64,000 nt of DNA from Dehalococcoidia bacterium (GTDB taxonomy: Bacteria; Chloroflexota; Dehalococcoidia; SpSt-223): NCBI GenBank assembly GCA_046328265.1, contig JAXLWW010000001.1, positions 565,414 to 629,413 on the forward strand. Direction: 5' to 3'. Every line of letters begins with the position of its first letter. Position 1 is the stretch's first letter. Shown one piece after another: positions 8,678-17,860 of this stretch. A program made the position numbers and the translations under genes. The notes under the pieces are model-generated. The model ran no database searches. It worked only from the letters and a program-made list of their open reading frames with translations, and was not told the DNA's origin.

Positions 8678-9130
8678 CTAGCGAGAGACAGGAAGCGGGG
8701 CGAGACAGTCACGCAAAGAGCGAAGCGATTGTTCCATCGAGGCGGCGATCTCGCGCTCGAAGAAGAGCCGGCCGATTATTTTCACCAATGGGAGGCTCGG
8801 TAGGACGATCGTCGTTTCGAGGGTGGCGAGCGTGCCCTCGGGGATCGGCTCGAATAGCCACCGGCAGGTACTGTCGGGTCCGTCAAGCGTCCGCGCCGCC
8901 ATCACGTGCGGCAGGGAGAACTCAGTCACTTCGCAGTTCGCCCTGAGCGGGAAGCCGCGGACATTCGCCTCCCAGGCGAAGCGGCTGCCCAACCCATAGG
9001 GACGGTCGCTTTCCGGGCGAAAGTCGGTGAGATACTGGATGAACCGCACCACGTTGCGATAGTCCGCAACATAATGGAAGACCTCGTCCTGCGGGGCGGA
9101 AATCCGGATACATCGAGCGAGCGCGATCAT
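8678..9130 (-). CDS. SRPBCC (Bet v1/START/polyketide-cyclase-like) family protein. The longest ORF extends to 9190; the likely start is the internal Met (MIALARCIRISAPQDEVF...).
   Basis: ~150-aa core with the typical N-terminal I.AP.e.V...v.DY pattern. Size and hydrophobic pattern fit the SRPBCC fold. Confidence 0.5.
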   Translation of the reverse strand: MIALARCIRISAPQDEVFHYVADYRNVVRFIQYLTDFRPESDRPYGLGSRFAWEANVRGFPLRANCEVTEFSLPHVMAARTLDGPDSTCRWLFEPIPEGTLATLETTIVLPSLPLVKIIGRLFFEREIAASMEQSLRSLRDCLAPLPVSR

Positions 9131-9247
9131 CGAAAATCCATTTCTCTGGTGCTTGGCCGTGTCGGCGCGGTACGTAGTCCGCTGGACCATGCAGTCCAGA
9201 CTGCGAATGACCCTAGCAAACCAGCCTGCTTACTTCCAGTAGAACGC

Positions 9248-9439
9248 TCATGGCTTCTTTGCGTTGCGCTTGCCGATGCGATCGAGCACCTTCGACAGCA
9301 GATACGCTAGGCCGAGCGCCGCCACCGTTCCCACCGCGTAGCTGAGCAGTTCGTCCGGTCCAAATTGGCCGTCGTGGAGCGGATATGCCGCCGGCAGACT
9401 GAGGAGAACTGTATACATGCCGCGGATAGTGTAGTCCAT
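9248..9439 (-). CDS. Hypothetical small membrane protein (63 aa).
   Basis: ORF with one or two hydrophobic helices and a basic C-terminus. No homology recognised. Confidence 0.25.
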   Translation of the reverse strand: MDYTIRGMYTVLLSLPAAYPLHDGQFGPDELLSYAVGTVAALGLAYLLSKVLDRIGKRNAKKP

Positions 9440-9459
9440 CAGCGGGGGCGCTGTCCGGG

Positions 9460-9936
9460 GTGGTATACTTGCCTATGCCCTCGAAAGAAGCTGGTGAGCC
9501 GCTTGCGGTCAACCGGAAGGCGTTTCACGACTATTTCATCGACGAGACGTTCGAGGCAGGTCTGGCGCTGACCGGCACCGAGATCAAGTCCGTGCGTAAG
9601 GGGAATATCAACCTGCGCGAGGGCTATGTTCGGCCGGAAGGCGGCGAGATGTGGCTGCTCGGGGTGCATATCGCACCGTACGAGCAGGGGAACATTTACA
9701 ACCACGACCCGAGGCGACGGCGTAAGCTACTGCTCCACCGGCGCGAGATTGTCGAACTCTCGGCCAAGGTGAAGGAAAAAGGGCTGACGCTCGTGCCGCT
9801 GCGGGTCTACATCAAGAACGACGTGGCAAAGCTGGCATTTGGCCTGGCGCGCGGCAAGAAGCAGCACGACAAGCGCGATGCCATCGCCGAGCGCGATGCC
9901 AATCGTGAGATTGAACGGGCGCTCAAAGTCCACTGA
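9460..9936 (+). CDS. smpB: SsrA-binding protein SmpB. GTG start at 9460, alternative ATG at 9475.
   Basis: AVNRKAFHDYFIDETFEAGLALTGTEIKSVR and GYVRPEGGEMWLLGVHIAPY match the SmpB consensus. Followed directly by the tmRNA gene. Confidence 0.9.
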   Translation: MVYLPMPSKEAGEPLAVNRKAFHDYFIDETFEAGLALTGTEIKSVRKGNINLREGYVRPEGGEMWLLGVHIAPYEQGNIYNHDPRRRRKLLLHRREIVELSAKVKEKGLTLVPLRVYIKNDVAKLAFGLARGKKQHDKRDAIAERDANREIERALKVH

Positions 9937-9963
9937 TCGCCGGCTCGATGCCGGCACAATCGC

Positions 9964-10317
9964 GGGGACGCCAGGTTTCGACAGAGGGGGAAGTGACGCG
10001 ATTGCGAGCCGAGGAAGCCGATCCACTCGTAAACGATTCGGCGTGCCATAACTGGCAACACCAACTACGCTCTCGCCGCCTAAACAACGGTGACGTCTAC
10101 CCTCTCCTCATCCCGGCGGGCGGGGAGTGGGCGCCATGCAGCCGGGATGCTCGCCCGTTGACGTCGATAGGACGGGCGCTAAGACCCATCGGCTAGCCCG
10201 GAGGAACCCCGTCGGTGGGGGACCTTCAGGCGAAGCTCTAAATCGCCGACTACGCTCGTAGATATCGCGCAGTGATCTGCTCTGGACGGGGAGTTCGATT
10301 CTCCCCCGTCTCCACCA
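9964..10317 (+). ncRNA. ssrA: tmRNA (ssrA), 354 nt. Encoded tag ...NTNYALAA followed by TAA.
   Basis: 5' GGGGACGCCAGGTTTCGAC... and 3' ...GGACGGGGAGTTCGATTCTCCCCCGTCTCCACCA form a tRNA-Ala-like acceptor/T-arm with the G3:U wobble. Internal ORF ggc aac acc aac tac gct ctc gcc gcc taa at 10052-10081. Confidence 0.9.
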
Positions 10318-10319
10318 GC

Positions 10320-10352
10320 ACGAGGAGTCTCCGGTTTCGGCCGGGGGCTCTC
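10320..10352 (+). repeat. 33-bp GC-rich hairpin element, copy 1, immediately 3' of ssrA (possible terminator or att-like repeat).
   Basis: ACGAGGAGTCTCCGGTTTCGGCCGGGGGCTCTC. 31/33 identical to copy 2 at 15414-15446. Can fold CUCCGG-UUUCGG-CCGGGG. Confidence 0.5.
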
Positions 10353-10658
10353 TTGGTGAGTGACCACGATTGGCAGCCAATGTTGAGACCGCGTCTGGGT
10401 CGTCTCGGAGACAGGCCGGAACACCTGCTTGGGTCTAAATCCGATGCGAACAGCGGTTCGGCGGTTGAGTGGTGGGGAGACAGAGCTAGATGGTGGAGGC
10501 CACGGGTTGCCAGCCACGCGCCTGTCAAACGAATGCCAGGCGAGGCCATCCGATCCGGCTCCGCCCGGCGCGTCGATCTCGAGCACAATTGCCCGCCGCT
10601 CTGGAGGTGAGGGGAAACCGATTCGCCCGCGCGGCGGTCAACCGTCGCCCTCGCGCCC

Positions 10659-11294
10659 TCAGGCGGGCGCGGTTCTCTCGGTGGCCGGTACCTTTGCGCT
10701 GCCAACAGGGCGCTCAGCGGATGTCGGCGCTCCGATGATCTTGCTGCGGAGCAAGGCCAGGACCACCAGGATCACGCCGGCGGCGATTCCTGCCCAGTAG
10801 CCCACCTGGAGCCCGGTATACACGATGCCGGTTCCAACGTCGCTACCAACCGTGACAGTCACTTTTCCCATCATCGGCATGCCCGCCTGGGTGAGGCGCA
10901 TTGCGATGATAATGGTGGCTGTGAAAATGGAAATGAGGTAGGAGAGGCCAACCACGCCGATCAGTAGGGTTGGTAGCGATGCCTTCACCTTCCAAATGGT
11001 CAGCATCTTGTCCTTGGCAAAGAGACTGAACAAGAGGGCGGCCACGACGAGCCCAATGTAAAGCCACATTGTCGGTGCAATCCAGTCCGGTAGCGCCAGA
11101 TTGACGTTATCGGGCATGTACGTCAGGATCTTGTGCTCATTGACCTGCAGGCCCCAGGGATGGATCACCACGTGTTCGTTGCCCCTGATCTCCTGAACCC
11201 TGGCCGACCACCACGGCATAAACCAGGAAAAGAGTACCAAGCCGCCAGAGAGTAGGATCAACACTCGGTACAGCCAGACTCTGCTGCTTTTCAT
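10659..11294 (-). CDS. Hypothetical integral membrane protein (5-6 predicted TM helices).
   Basis: 211-aa ORF with multiple hydrophobic segments. No family recognised. Confidence 0.45.
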   Translation of the reverse strand: MKSSRVWLYRVLILLSGGLVLFSWFMPWWSARVQEIRGNEHVVIHPWGLQVNEHKILTYMPDNVNLALPDWIAPTMWLYIGLVVAALLFSLFAKDKMLTIWKVKASLPTLLIGVVGLSYLISIFTATIIIAMRLTQAGMPMMGKVTVTVGSDVGTGIVYTGLQVGYWAGIAAGVILVVLALLRSKIIGAPTSAERPVGSAKVPATERTAPA

Positions 11295-11325
11295 GGCTCT
11301 GCTGCCCCCTTTGCTGAAGTGAGAC

Positions 11326-12405
11326 TTATCGGAAGCGATAGTCGAGGTCTATTTGGAGCGGTTCAATCGCGCCAACGAGCTCTACTTTCAGAACCCTGTC
11401 GCCATCGAGCGTGATCGTTCTCCGGAAGTCCTCCCTACTGTCCATGTTGTTCTCGGGGATATAATGCTTGTACTCTCCCCCTCGGGTCGTGATGGTATCG
11501 CCAAGATACTCATAAGGAATGCCTTTGGGCATCCTATCAGAGGCCGAAACCGTGAGTTCGTACTCGCCCTTCGGCAATCCAATCGTCAGCATTCCGTGCT
11601 CGTCGGTGCGACCTCGGAAGGATGGCCCGGACTGTGCGAAGTAGACCTCAGCGTCTTGGATCGGAGTGTTGGTTTCCTTGTTGATCACCTCCACGGTGAC
11701 CGTATGGTCCGCGGGTTTCACCGTCGCGAAGCCAAAGCCGAAGGTGGATCCGGTATGCGGGAGCGCCATCTCTGGCTCAAGAAAGCGTGCCGCCCACTCA
11801 TGGCGCCCTTCGGTGTCTGGAGCGACGGTTTCCATCTCCGCGACGTAGAGAGCCGGCAATTCCGGATCCGAAGCGTCACCCAACACGCCGGTCGTGACGA
11901 GTGCCCCTTCGTGATCGTGGATCTCAACTTTCTTGCCGGCCAAATCGCAGCCAGAAGAGCAGTTGACACCGACCTTGAACGAGAACTTGGCGCTACGCAC
12001 GACCGGAGCAGGCATACCCCACACCACCAGGCTTGAGGTATGAGATTTTACGACAACAGAACATGGGACGGTGCTCTCCACGTGGAGGGCGCCTTGTTCC
12101 TCTTGTGGCGGGAACACAGCCTTCAGGTTGTGTTCTCCCGGGATCGCCGGCGCGACAATGAGGAACTCGCCGGTCTGGCAGGACGTTTCGTCGAATTCAC
12201 TGAGCTGAAGGCCATCGGCCAGAACGACGCCTTCTTCCATGATGCGGACTGATTTCCCTCGAAGGTCGCAGCCCGAATTGCACGAGACCCGGAGGTTCAG
12301 GGCTCTGGTCATGCCGGCATCGATTTCAGCTGGAGCCGGTCTGATCAAGGATGCACTAATCTGGTGCACCGTGGTCTGTTCCTGGACTGTAGTTTCGTCT
12401 TTCAC
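11326..12405 (-). CDS. Hypothetical secreted/cell-surface protein with two tandem Cys-containing beta-domains (CxSGCDLxGKxVxI) and a C-terminal carboxypeptidase-regulatory-like domain.
   Basis: Internal duplication LRVSCNSGCDLRGKSVRI... / KVGVNCSSGCDLAGKKVEI.... C-terminal segment VEVINKETNTPIQDAEVYF...GRTDEHGMLTIGLPKGEYELTVSA resembles CarboxypepD_reg/Cna-B-like folds. Confidence 0.45.
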   Translation of the reverse strand: MKDETTVQEQTTVHQISASLIRPAPAEIDAGMTRALNLRVSCNSGCDLRGKSVRIMEEGVVLADGLQLSEFDETSCQTGEFLIVAPAIPGEHNLKAVFPPQEEQGALHVESTVPCSVVVKSHTSSLVVWGMPAPVVRSAKFSFKVGVNCSSGCDLAGKKVEIHDHEGALVTTGVLGDASDPELPALYVAEMETVAPDTEGRHEWAARFLEPEMALPHTGSTFGFGFATVKPADHTVTVEVINKETNTPIQDAEVYFAQSGPSFRGRTDEHGMLTIGLPKGEYELTVSASDRMPKGIPYEYLGDTITTRGGEYKHYIPENNMDSREDFRRTITLDGDRVLKVELVGAIEPLQIDLDYRFR

Positions 12406-12505
12406 GATTCGCTATCCCGAGAGTCCGGCGAAATGAATGGCGAGAAGGGGAGACTTCTCCCCTTCTCGCAGATTGGTTATTGGTGACGTGCTGCGGTGGA
12501 GCAAG

Positions 12506-14558
12506 CTATGCTCGGGACGGCTCCTCTGCAGCATTTCTTCCGGCGTTGTAGCCCTGCGGGATGCACCGGCCCAGACCGTGCTGGGTCGTGCTGGCGGCGC
12601 ACTCGCCGGCAGCGTAGAGGCCGGGGATGATGGCGCCGCGAACGTCCTTCACCTGCATCTTCCCGTTGATCCAGATGCCACCAATGGTGTCGTGCAGCAT
12701 GATCGACGTCCAGGCGGCGTAGAACGGCGGTGCGTCAACCTTGTAAAGGGCTTGTTCTTCCCGAAGTCCTCATCCTCGCCCTTGTCAACCAAGGAATTCC
12801 AGCGCCGGAACGTCTCTTCGAGATTCGCCGGCGGCATGGGGATTTTGGACTTTGGCGATGTGCTGATCTTGGACGCCAGTTCGGCCAGCGTATTCGCGCT
12901 GAAGAAGTAGCCGTCCTCGGCGGTGTAGGGGGGCTTGATGTCCCATTTCTGACGCGTCACCGCCGCCGAGCGTCGAAGATGGCCCAGACACCGCCGGCAT
13001 CGTAGTCCGGCGCGGTCGAACCCTCGTTCATCATGACCGAGGCATCGGTCCAGCTATTCTTGTTGTACTTCTGCCTCATCCAGTCAATGCTGCAGTTCCG
13101 CCAATCCCACTGAACGAATTTTTCCGGCAGCGCTACGCGACCGGGCGGGTAGGCGGCTTCCGTTGGGTACCCGCCAGATTCCTCACGGTAGAAGCGCTTG
13201 CCAACCTGGTTGACGCAGATGACGTGTGGCCAGCCGGCAGAGCCAATATCGAGTCCGGACGATCGGGCAAAGGGGAAAACCGGCGACTTGGGGTCAACCT
13301 GATAGTACGGGTGCTGGGTGCCGATCACACTCCGCTTGCGCATCACAGCTTCAGTTTCATAGCTTGCAATGATGCCGGCAAATGCTTGGCCGCCAATTTC
13401 CGCGACGGCAATATGCCCCAAGCCGCTCTGACCGTTTTCGCCCGCGTATGGAGCGTTGGTCACTTGCAGCGCTTCAGGCCATCGCACATCCCAGATCTTG
13501 CGGAGTGTCTTGTTGCCCATCGGTCCGTTGGTGGCAATGATGACCGCCTTCTTGGCTTTGATGTTGACCGTGGGCTTGGTGGTATCGATGTTACCATCGG
13601 TGCGGAGGGGTTTCATGAGGGTGGTGCTGTTGGGGAGGGTGCGGGGAGAGTATTGCGCCCGAATGCCGATGACCGGTCCGGAGAGCGGCTGCTCCCGATA
13701 CAGTTGGTCGAACAAGTAGCTGAGAAGGAACTGGACACCCTTCTTCCGGGCGCTGTCCTCGAGCGGCCGAATAAGGCCGACACCGGTCTGGCCGGGCGGG
13801 TTCATGGCGCTTGCCTCGCCTTGCGCTTCGTGGACGGTTTGGGCCCGCCGGGAGGCAGAAACACCCGACTGACCATGGGCGCCGGAGAGGTCGGCGAATT
13901 TCACGCCGTTCGCCAGCAGGAAGTTGCGTACGGGGACCGCGGAGTCAGCAGCGACGCGGGACAACTCCCGGTCGTTAAATCGGTAGGTCCCTTTGCCTCC
14001 CTCGGTGACCGCAGACCAGTCCACCAGGTCCCGGAAGAGAATATCCGGCGAATCTGGACCGCCGAAGATGGTCTTGGTTCCTTCCTTCTGTTGGAGCGCA
14101 TCGTTGGCGCCAAGGGCGATGAACGACCCACTGGCCATCGCCCGTCCACCAACGTCGTAGTTCTGGTCCACCACGATAACTGATGCTCCGCTATCTCTGG
14201 CACTGATGGCAGCAGGCATTCCTGCGGCGCCGGACCCGATGATGACGACATCGGCTTCATAGTCCCAGGTGGTGGGATTCGCCGAACGTGCGACTGCGAC
14301 GGCGGTGCTGCCGCTCACCGCAACCGGGGTGGGCGGTGCGCTGGTTGCGACAGGAATCGCTTGTTGCGCGTCACTGGTGCAGGCTGCCAGCAGCGGGGCG
14401 CTAACCGAGACCCCCGCAACAGCCATCCCCGTGCGCTTTACAAACTCACGTCTTGTTACGCCACTGGGTGTCCCATTATCGTTGTTTTTTTTGTACCCAT
14501 GATGGCTATCTCCCGAAGAGAATTCAGACTGCTGTATACTAATCCTGAAGCGTGACAT
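12506..14558 (-). pseudogene. FAD-dependent oxidoreductase (KstD/fumarate-reductase flavoprotein-like) with a Tat signal and lipobox. The reading frame is broken twice near the 3' end.
   Basis: Start MSRFRIS...TRREFVKRTGMAVAGVSVSAPLLAAC (twin-arginine signal plus LAAC lipobox). FAD dinucleotide fold VVIIGSGAAGMPAAISA. The C-terminal homology continues in two other frames: ...WAIFDARRR* then TRQKWDIKPPYTAEDGYFFSANTLAELA...FGKNKP, then LYKVDAPPFYAAW...HDTIGGIWINGKMQV...IPGLYAAGECA. The second shift looks like a 1-nt indel in a C-run; the first lies in a CGG-repeat region. Confidence 0.7.
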
Positions 14559-14642
14559 TGTCAATCCTCTGTCAAAAAAAGAGTTCAGGGTCAGTGGGAT
14601 GAACTGATGCGGTGGGCGTGAATTGGGTGTAATCCCGGTGTC

Positions 14643-15400
14643 ATGCCACCGTTGCCGAACCTGAGTGGGTTGTCGCGAAGCGAGTTGGAAGCCCTGGTCG
14701 TGTCGTTGTACGCCGAGCAGTTCGAGGCGTGGGCGCCGGCCTTGGAAGGTCGCCTCAAGAGGGGCGGTCCACCAGCCAGCCTGCCCAACGCCAAGCCGCA
14801 GTCTCCGCCCGATCGGCCACCGAAGGCCCGTAAGCCGCGACCCCAACCGAGGTCGTCGTTCATGCCTTGGACACCTGTCCGGACTGCGGCGTCCACGTGC
14901 TCGGTGGCTGGGTCCAGCGGCGACGCGAAGTCATCGACCTGCCACCGCCCACCATTCGGGTCATCGAGCATCAGTTCGTCGCCCGAACCTTTCCGCTCTG
15001 TCGCAAACGGGTGACGCCGCCGGCGAGCGGGTTGGACGGCCTGCGGGTTGGCAGGCAGCGGTAGAGTTCCCCTCGGGTGAACTTCTTGGCGACCCTTCGC
15101 GAGGTGGGCCGGCGACCGGTCAAGACGGTGCAATGGCTGGTCCGGACGCGCTCCGGGCCTGCAGGTGAGCCTCGGGGCGATGGTGGCCACGCGGACCCAG
15201 CCGTAGCAAGCACGAACAATGCTGCCGAACGCAGCCCGCGTCACCTCGCCGTCAGTCGGAAGAACAGCGGGGGTACACGCTCGCTGGTGGGTAACGACAC
15301 CACGATGGCGCTGGCGACGCTCTTGGGCGCTTGCTGTCTGCGTCGGCTGGTCCCGCTCAGCCAAGTGCTTGGCGTTCTCGTTTCCCCGAAGCGCTGAATC
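14643..15400 (+). mobile_element. Decayed IS66-family transposase (TnpC) remnant: N-terminal coiled-coil, zinc-finger segment and C-terminal TNNAAER region in different frames, central DDE region missing.
   Basis: Frame a: LSRSELEALVVSLYAEQFEAW...KARKPRPQ. Frame b: CPDCGVHVLGGWVQRRREVIDLPPPTIRVIEHQFVARTFPLC (IS66 CPxCG...RVIEH...C motif). Frame c: TNNAAERSPRHLAVSRKN...LLGACCL (IS66 C-terminal TNNAAERALRP.AIGRKNWLF...TCKLNG motif, degraded). Confidence 0.7.
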
Positions 15401-15413
15401 CGTACGCGCGGAC

Positions 15414-15446
15414 TACGAGGAGCCTTCGGTTTCGGCCGGGGGCTCT
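15414..15446 (+). repeat. 33-bp GC-rich hairpin element, copy 2, abutting the IS66 remnant.
   Basis: ACGAGGAGCCTTCGGTTTCGGCCGGGGGCTCTC. 31/33 identical to copy 1 at 10320-10352, same orientation (direct repeat). Confidence 0.5.
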
Positions 15447-15604
15447 CGCCGTTTCAGCCGCCTATCGCCTCCAACAATTCGTTGCTGGATCTTCCGCACG
15501 TCGTACAATGCGATTTTGTTGGCAACCGTCCGATGCCGCCGGCGAGACACCTCGTAGGTACCGGAACGAGTGATGAGTTGCCTTGCTGAGGGTGCGGGGA
15601 CCGC

Positions 15605-16600
15605 ATGCGACGGATGGGTTGGCGGGTCGGCCTGGCCTGGATCATCTTGCTGATTGCCGGAGTGCTCCTTCCGCCGGTCGCCGCTGAGTTCGATCGCAGC
15701 GGTCGATCAGACTCGGCGTTGCTCCAAGGAGTGACCGGAACGCCGGCAAATCAGCGCTTCGCGCCGTTCACGTCGAGAAATGCCCGACAGGGCGATACTC
15801 CGGTTCCACCCGACCCGTCACGCACCCCGACCATCACCCCGCTCGTCTCGCCAACGCCGACCCGGACAGTCCCGCCCTCTGGCACATCGACCGCCACTCC
15901 AACGGCATCGCCGACACCAACCTCGACCGTGCCTTCCGGAGGAGCACTTCGGTTCGTTGCCGTCGGCGACAGCCTGACAGAGGGCATCGGCGACAGCCAG
16001 GGAATCGGCTACCCGGGCCGGTTGCTCAGTCAAGTTCTGACCAGTCGACCAGGGTCGACTATGCTCAATCTTGGCCGTTCCGGCTGGACCTCGACCGAGC
16101 TTATCAATGGCCAGAATGCGGAACCGAGCCAACTCGATGCCGCGGTGGCCGCCCAGCCGCATATCGTGCTGGTCTGGATTGGGAGCAACGACCTCTGGCA
16201 ACTCTACGACCTTGGCGACCCGACCAACGCCGACGAAGACACCGATCTGACCCGCTTCAGTACCAACATCGATACGATTCTCACACGGCTGAAAGCCGCC
16301 GGTGCGAAGTTGGCGATCGTGCTCGCCGACGATCAGACGAAGCGGCCCGGCGCAACGACCGCATCCTTGCCCGGAGTATCGGCCGAGGAGTGGACGAGGA
16401 TGTCTGCCCAGGTGGTTCGCTACAACAATGCTGTCCGCCAGCGCGCGACGCAGCATGGAGCAGTTCTGGTCGATTTCTCCAGCAGCACGATATTCACGAC
16501 CCCGGACCTGATGGACCCCGACGGCATTCATCCGAATGATGCCGGCTACGACGCGGTTACCCAGGTGTGGCGGGTTGCCATCCAGCCATTGTTGGGATAG
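15605..16600 (+). CDS. Secreted SGNH/GDSL-family hydrolase with a Pro/Thr-rich linker.
   Basis: N-terminal signal/TM segment, PT-rich spacer, then FVAVGDSLTEG (GDSL block I), GSNDL and the C-terminal DGIHPN (catalytic His block). Confidence 0.75.
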   Translation: MRRMGWRVGLAWIILLIAGVLLPPVAAEFDRSGRSDSALLQGVTGTPANQRFAPFTSRNARQGDTPVPPDPSRTPTITPLVSPTPTRTVPPSGTSTATPTASPTPTSTVPSGGALRFVAVGDSLTEGIGDSQGIGYPGRLLSQVLTSRPGSTMLNLGRSGWTSTELINGQNAEPSQLDAAVAAQPHIVLVWIGSNDLWQLYDLGDPTNADEDTDLTRFSTNIDTILTRLKAAGAKLAIVLADDQTKRPGATTASLPGVSAEEWTRMSAQVVRYNNAVRQRATQHGAVLVDFSSSTIFTTPDLMDPDGIHPNDAGYDAVTQVWRVAIQPLLG

Positions 16601-16645
16601 GGACCGCCGAGGTCGTGGCTTTGCAGGCATGGGACCCCATTTTCA

Positions 16646-17722
16646 TTGGCGCGGAGGTGTGGAGTGACCGCAAATCAGACGCGGGAGATCCGAACGCCGC
16701 GCTTCACTCGCGGTCCGGTGCGAATCGCCTACGACGTCCATGGCCATGGTGAACAAACTCTGGTTGTCATCCCCGGCTTTGTCAGCCACCTTGACTACGA
16801 CTGGGAAACCCCGGCGATACGTGGGCTTTACCAAAGGTTGGGGAGCGATCGCCGGCTGATCCGCTTCGATCGGCGCGGCACCGGTCTGTCTGACCGGCCG
16901 AGCGATCCGGAGGCGTACTCGCCCGAGGTTCAAATCGACGATGTGACGGCGGTGCTTGATGCAGCCGGGGTGCGACGGGCGGTGGTGTTTGCCTGGTCGA
17001 TCAGCAGTCCCATCGCCATCGCGTTTGCGGCGCGTTATCCCGAGCGGGTATCCCATCTGGTCCTCTATGGCAGCTTCGCCAGGCTCTTTCCCGGCCTGGG
17101 CTACCCAGCCGGCGTTGATCCCACGCTCTTCACCGCGCTGCTCGATATCGTCCGTGTCGAATGGGGCCTTGGTTCTCGTGCCCTCGCCGACGCATTCATC
17201 CCCGAGGCCGACCTCGAGCAGTTGGCCTGGTTCGCCGCCTATCAACGGGTGGGAACATCGCCGCAAGCGATGGTCGCGTTCGCGACGGCTGCCGGCCAGG
17301 CCGATCTGAGGCCGCTCCTGCCACTGGTCACGATGCCGGTGCTCGTACTCCACCGGCGCGAGGATCCGATTGTCCCGTTTGCTCTTGGCGAATACCTTGC
17401 CGGGAACCTTCCACAGGCGACGCTTCGCGATTTCCCCGGGCCACACCACTTGCCCTACCTCGGCGAGACCCAGCCCCTGACCGACGCCGTCACCAGCTTC
17501 TTGCGCGCCAGTTCGGGCGAGGGCCTGGCCCACACACTGAGCCCCCGCGAACTTGAAGTGTTGCGGCTGCTCGCCGAGGGACTGCAAAACCGCGATATCG
17601 CCAGCCGGTTGGGCGTCAGCCCGGCGACCGTTCGCCGCCACCTCGCAAACACCTTCATCAAGTTGGACGTGTCCACGCGCGCCGGCGCCGCGGCGTTCGC
17701 CTTCCGTCACGGGTTGGTCTAG
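16646..17722 (+). CDS. Two-domain protein: N-terminal alpha/beta-hydrolase fold fused to a C-terminal LuxR-type HTH.
   Basis: HGHGEQTLVVIPGFVSHLDYDW...AWSISSPIAIAFAARYPERV (nucleophile-elbow-like AWSIS) and C-terminal LSPRELEVLRLLAEGLQNRDIASRLGVSPATVRRHLANTFIKL (LuxR/GerE HTH). Confidence 0.75.
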   Translation: MARRCGVTANQTREIRTPRFTRGPVRIAYDVHGHGEQTLVVIPGFVSHLDYDWETPAIRGLYQRLGSDRRLIRFDRRGTGLSDRPSDPEAYSPEVQIDDVTAVLDAAGVRRAVVFAWSISSPIAIAFAARYPERVSHLVLYGSFARLFPGLGYPAGVDPTLFTALLDIVRVEWGLGSRALADAFIPEADLEQLAWFAAYQRVGTSPQAMVAFATAAGQADLRPLLPLVTMPVLVLHRREDPIVPFALGEYLAGNLPQATLRDFPGPHHLPYLGETQPLTDAVTSFLRASSGEGLAHTLSPRELEVLRLLAEGLQNRDIASRLGVSPATVRRHLANTFIKLDVSTRAGAAAFAFRHGLV

Positions 17723-17860
17723 CGTCGCTACATCATTTGGCGCATCCCGGCTGTTCCATTCGCCGCTCGAGAATGGCACGTCTGGTCGATGAGGGCGGGG
17801 CCTGTCTCTCGCTACAGTCACTTTGCCGTCGCGGAATGAGCCGGCGGCGAAAGGGACCGG

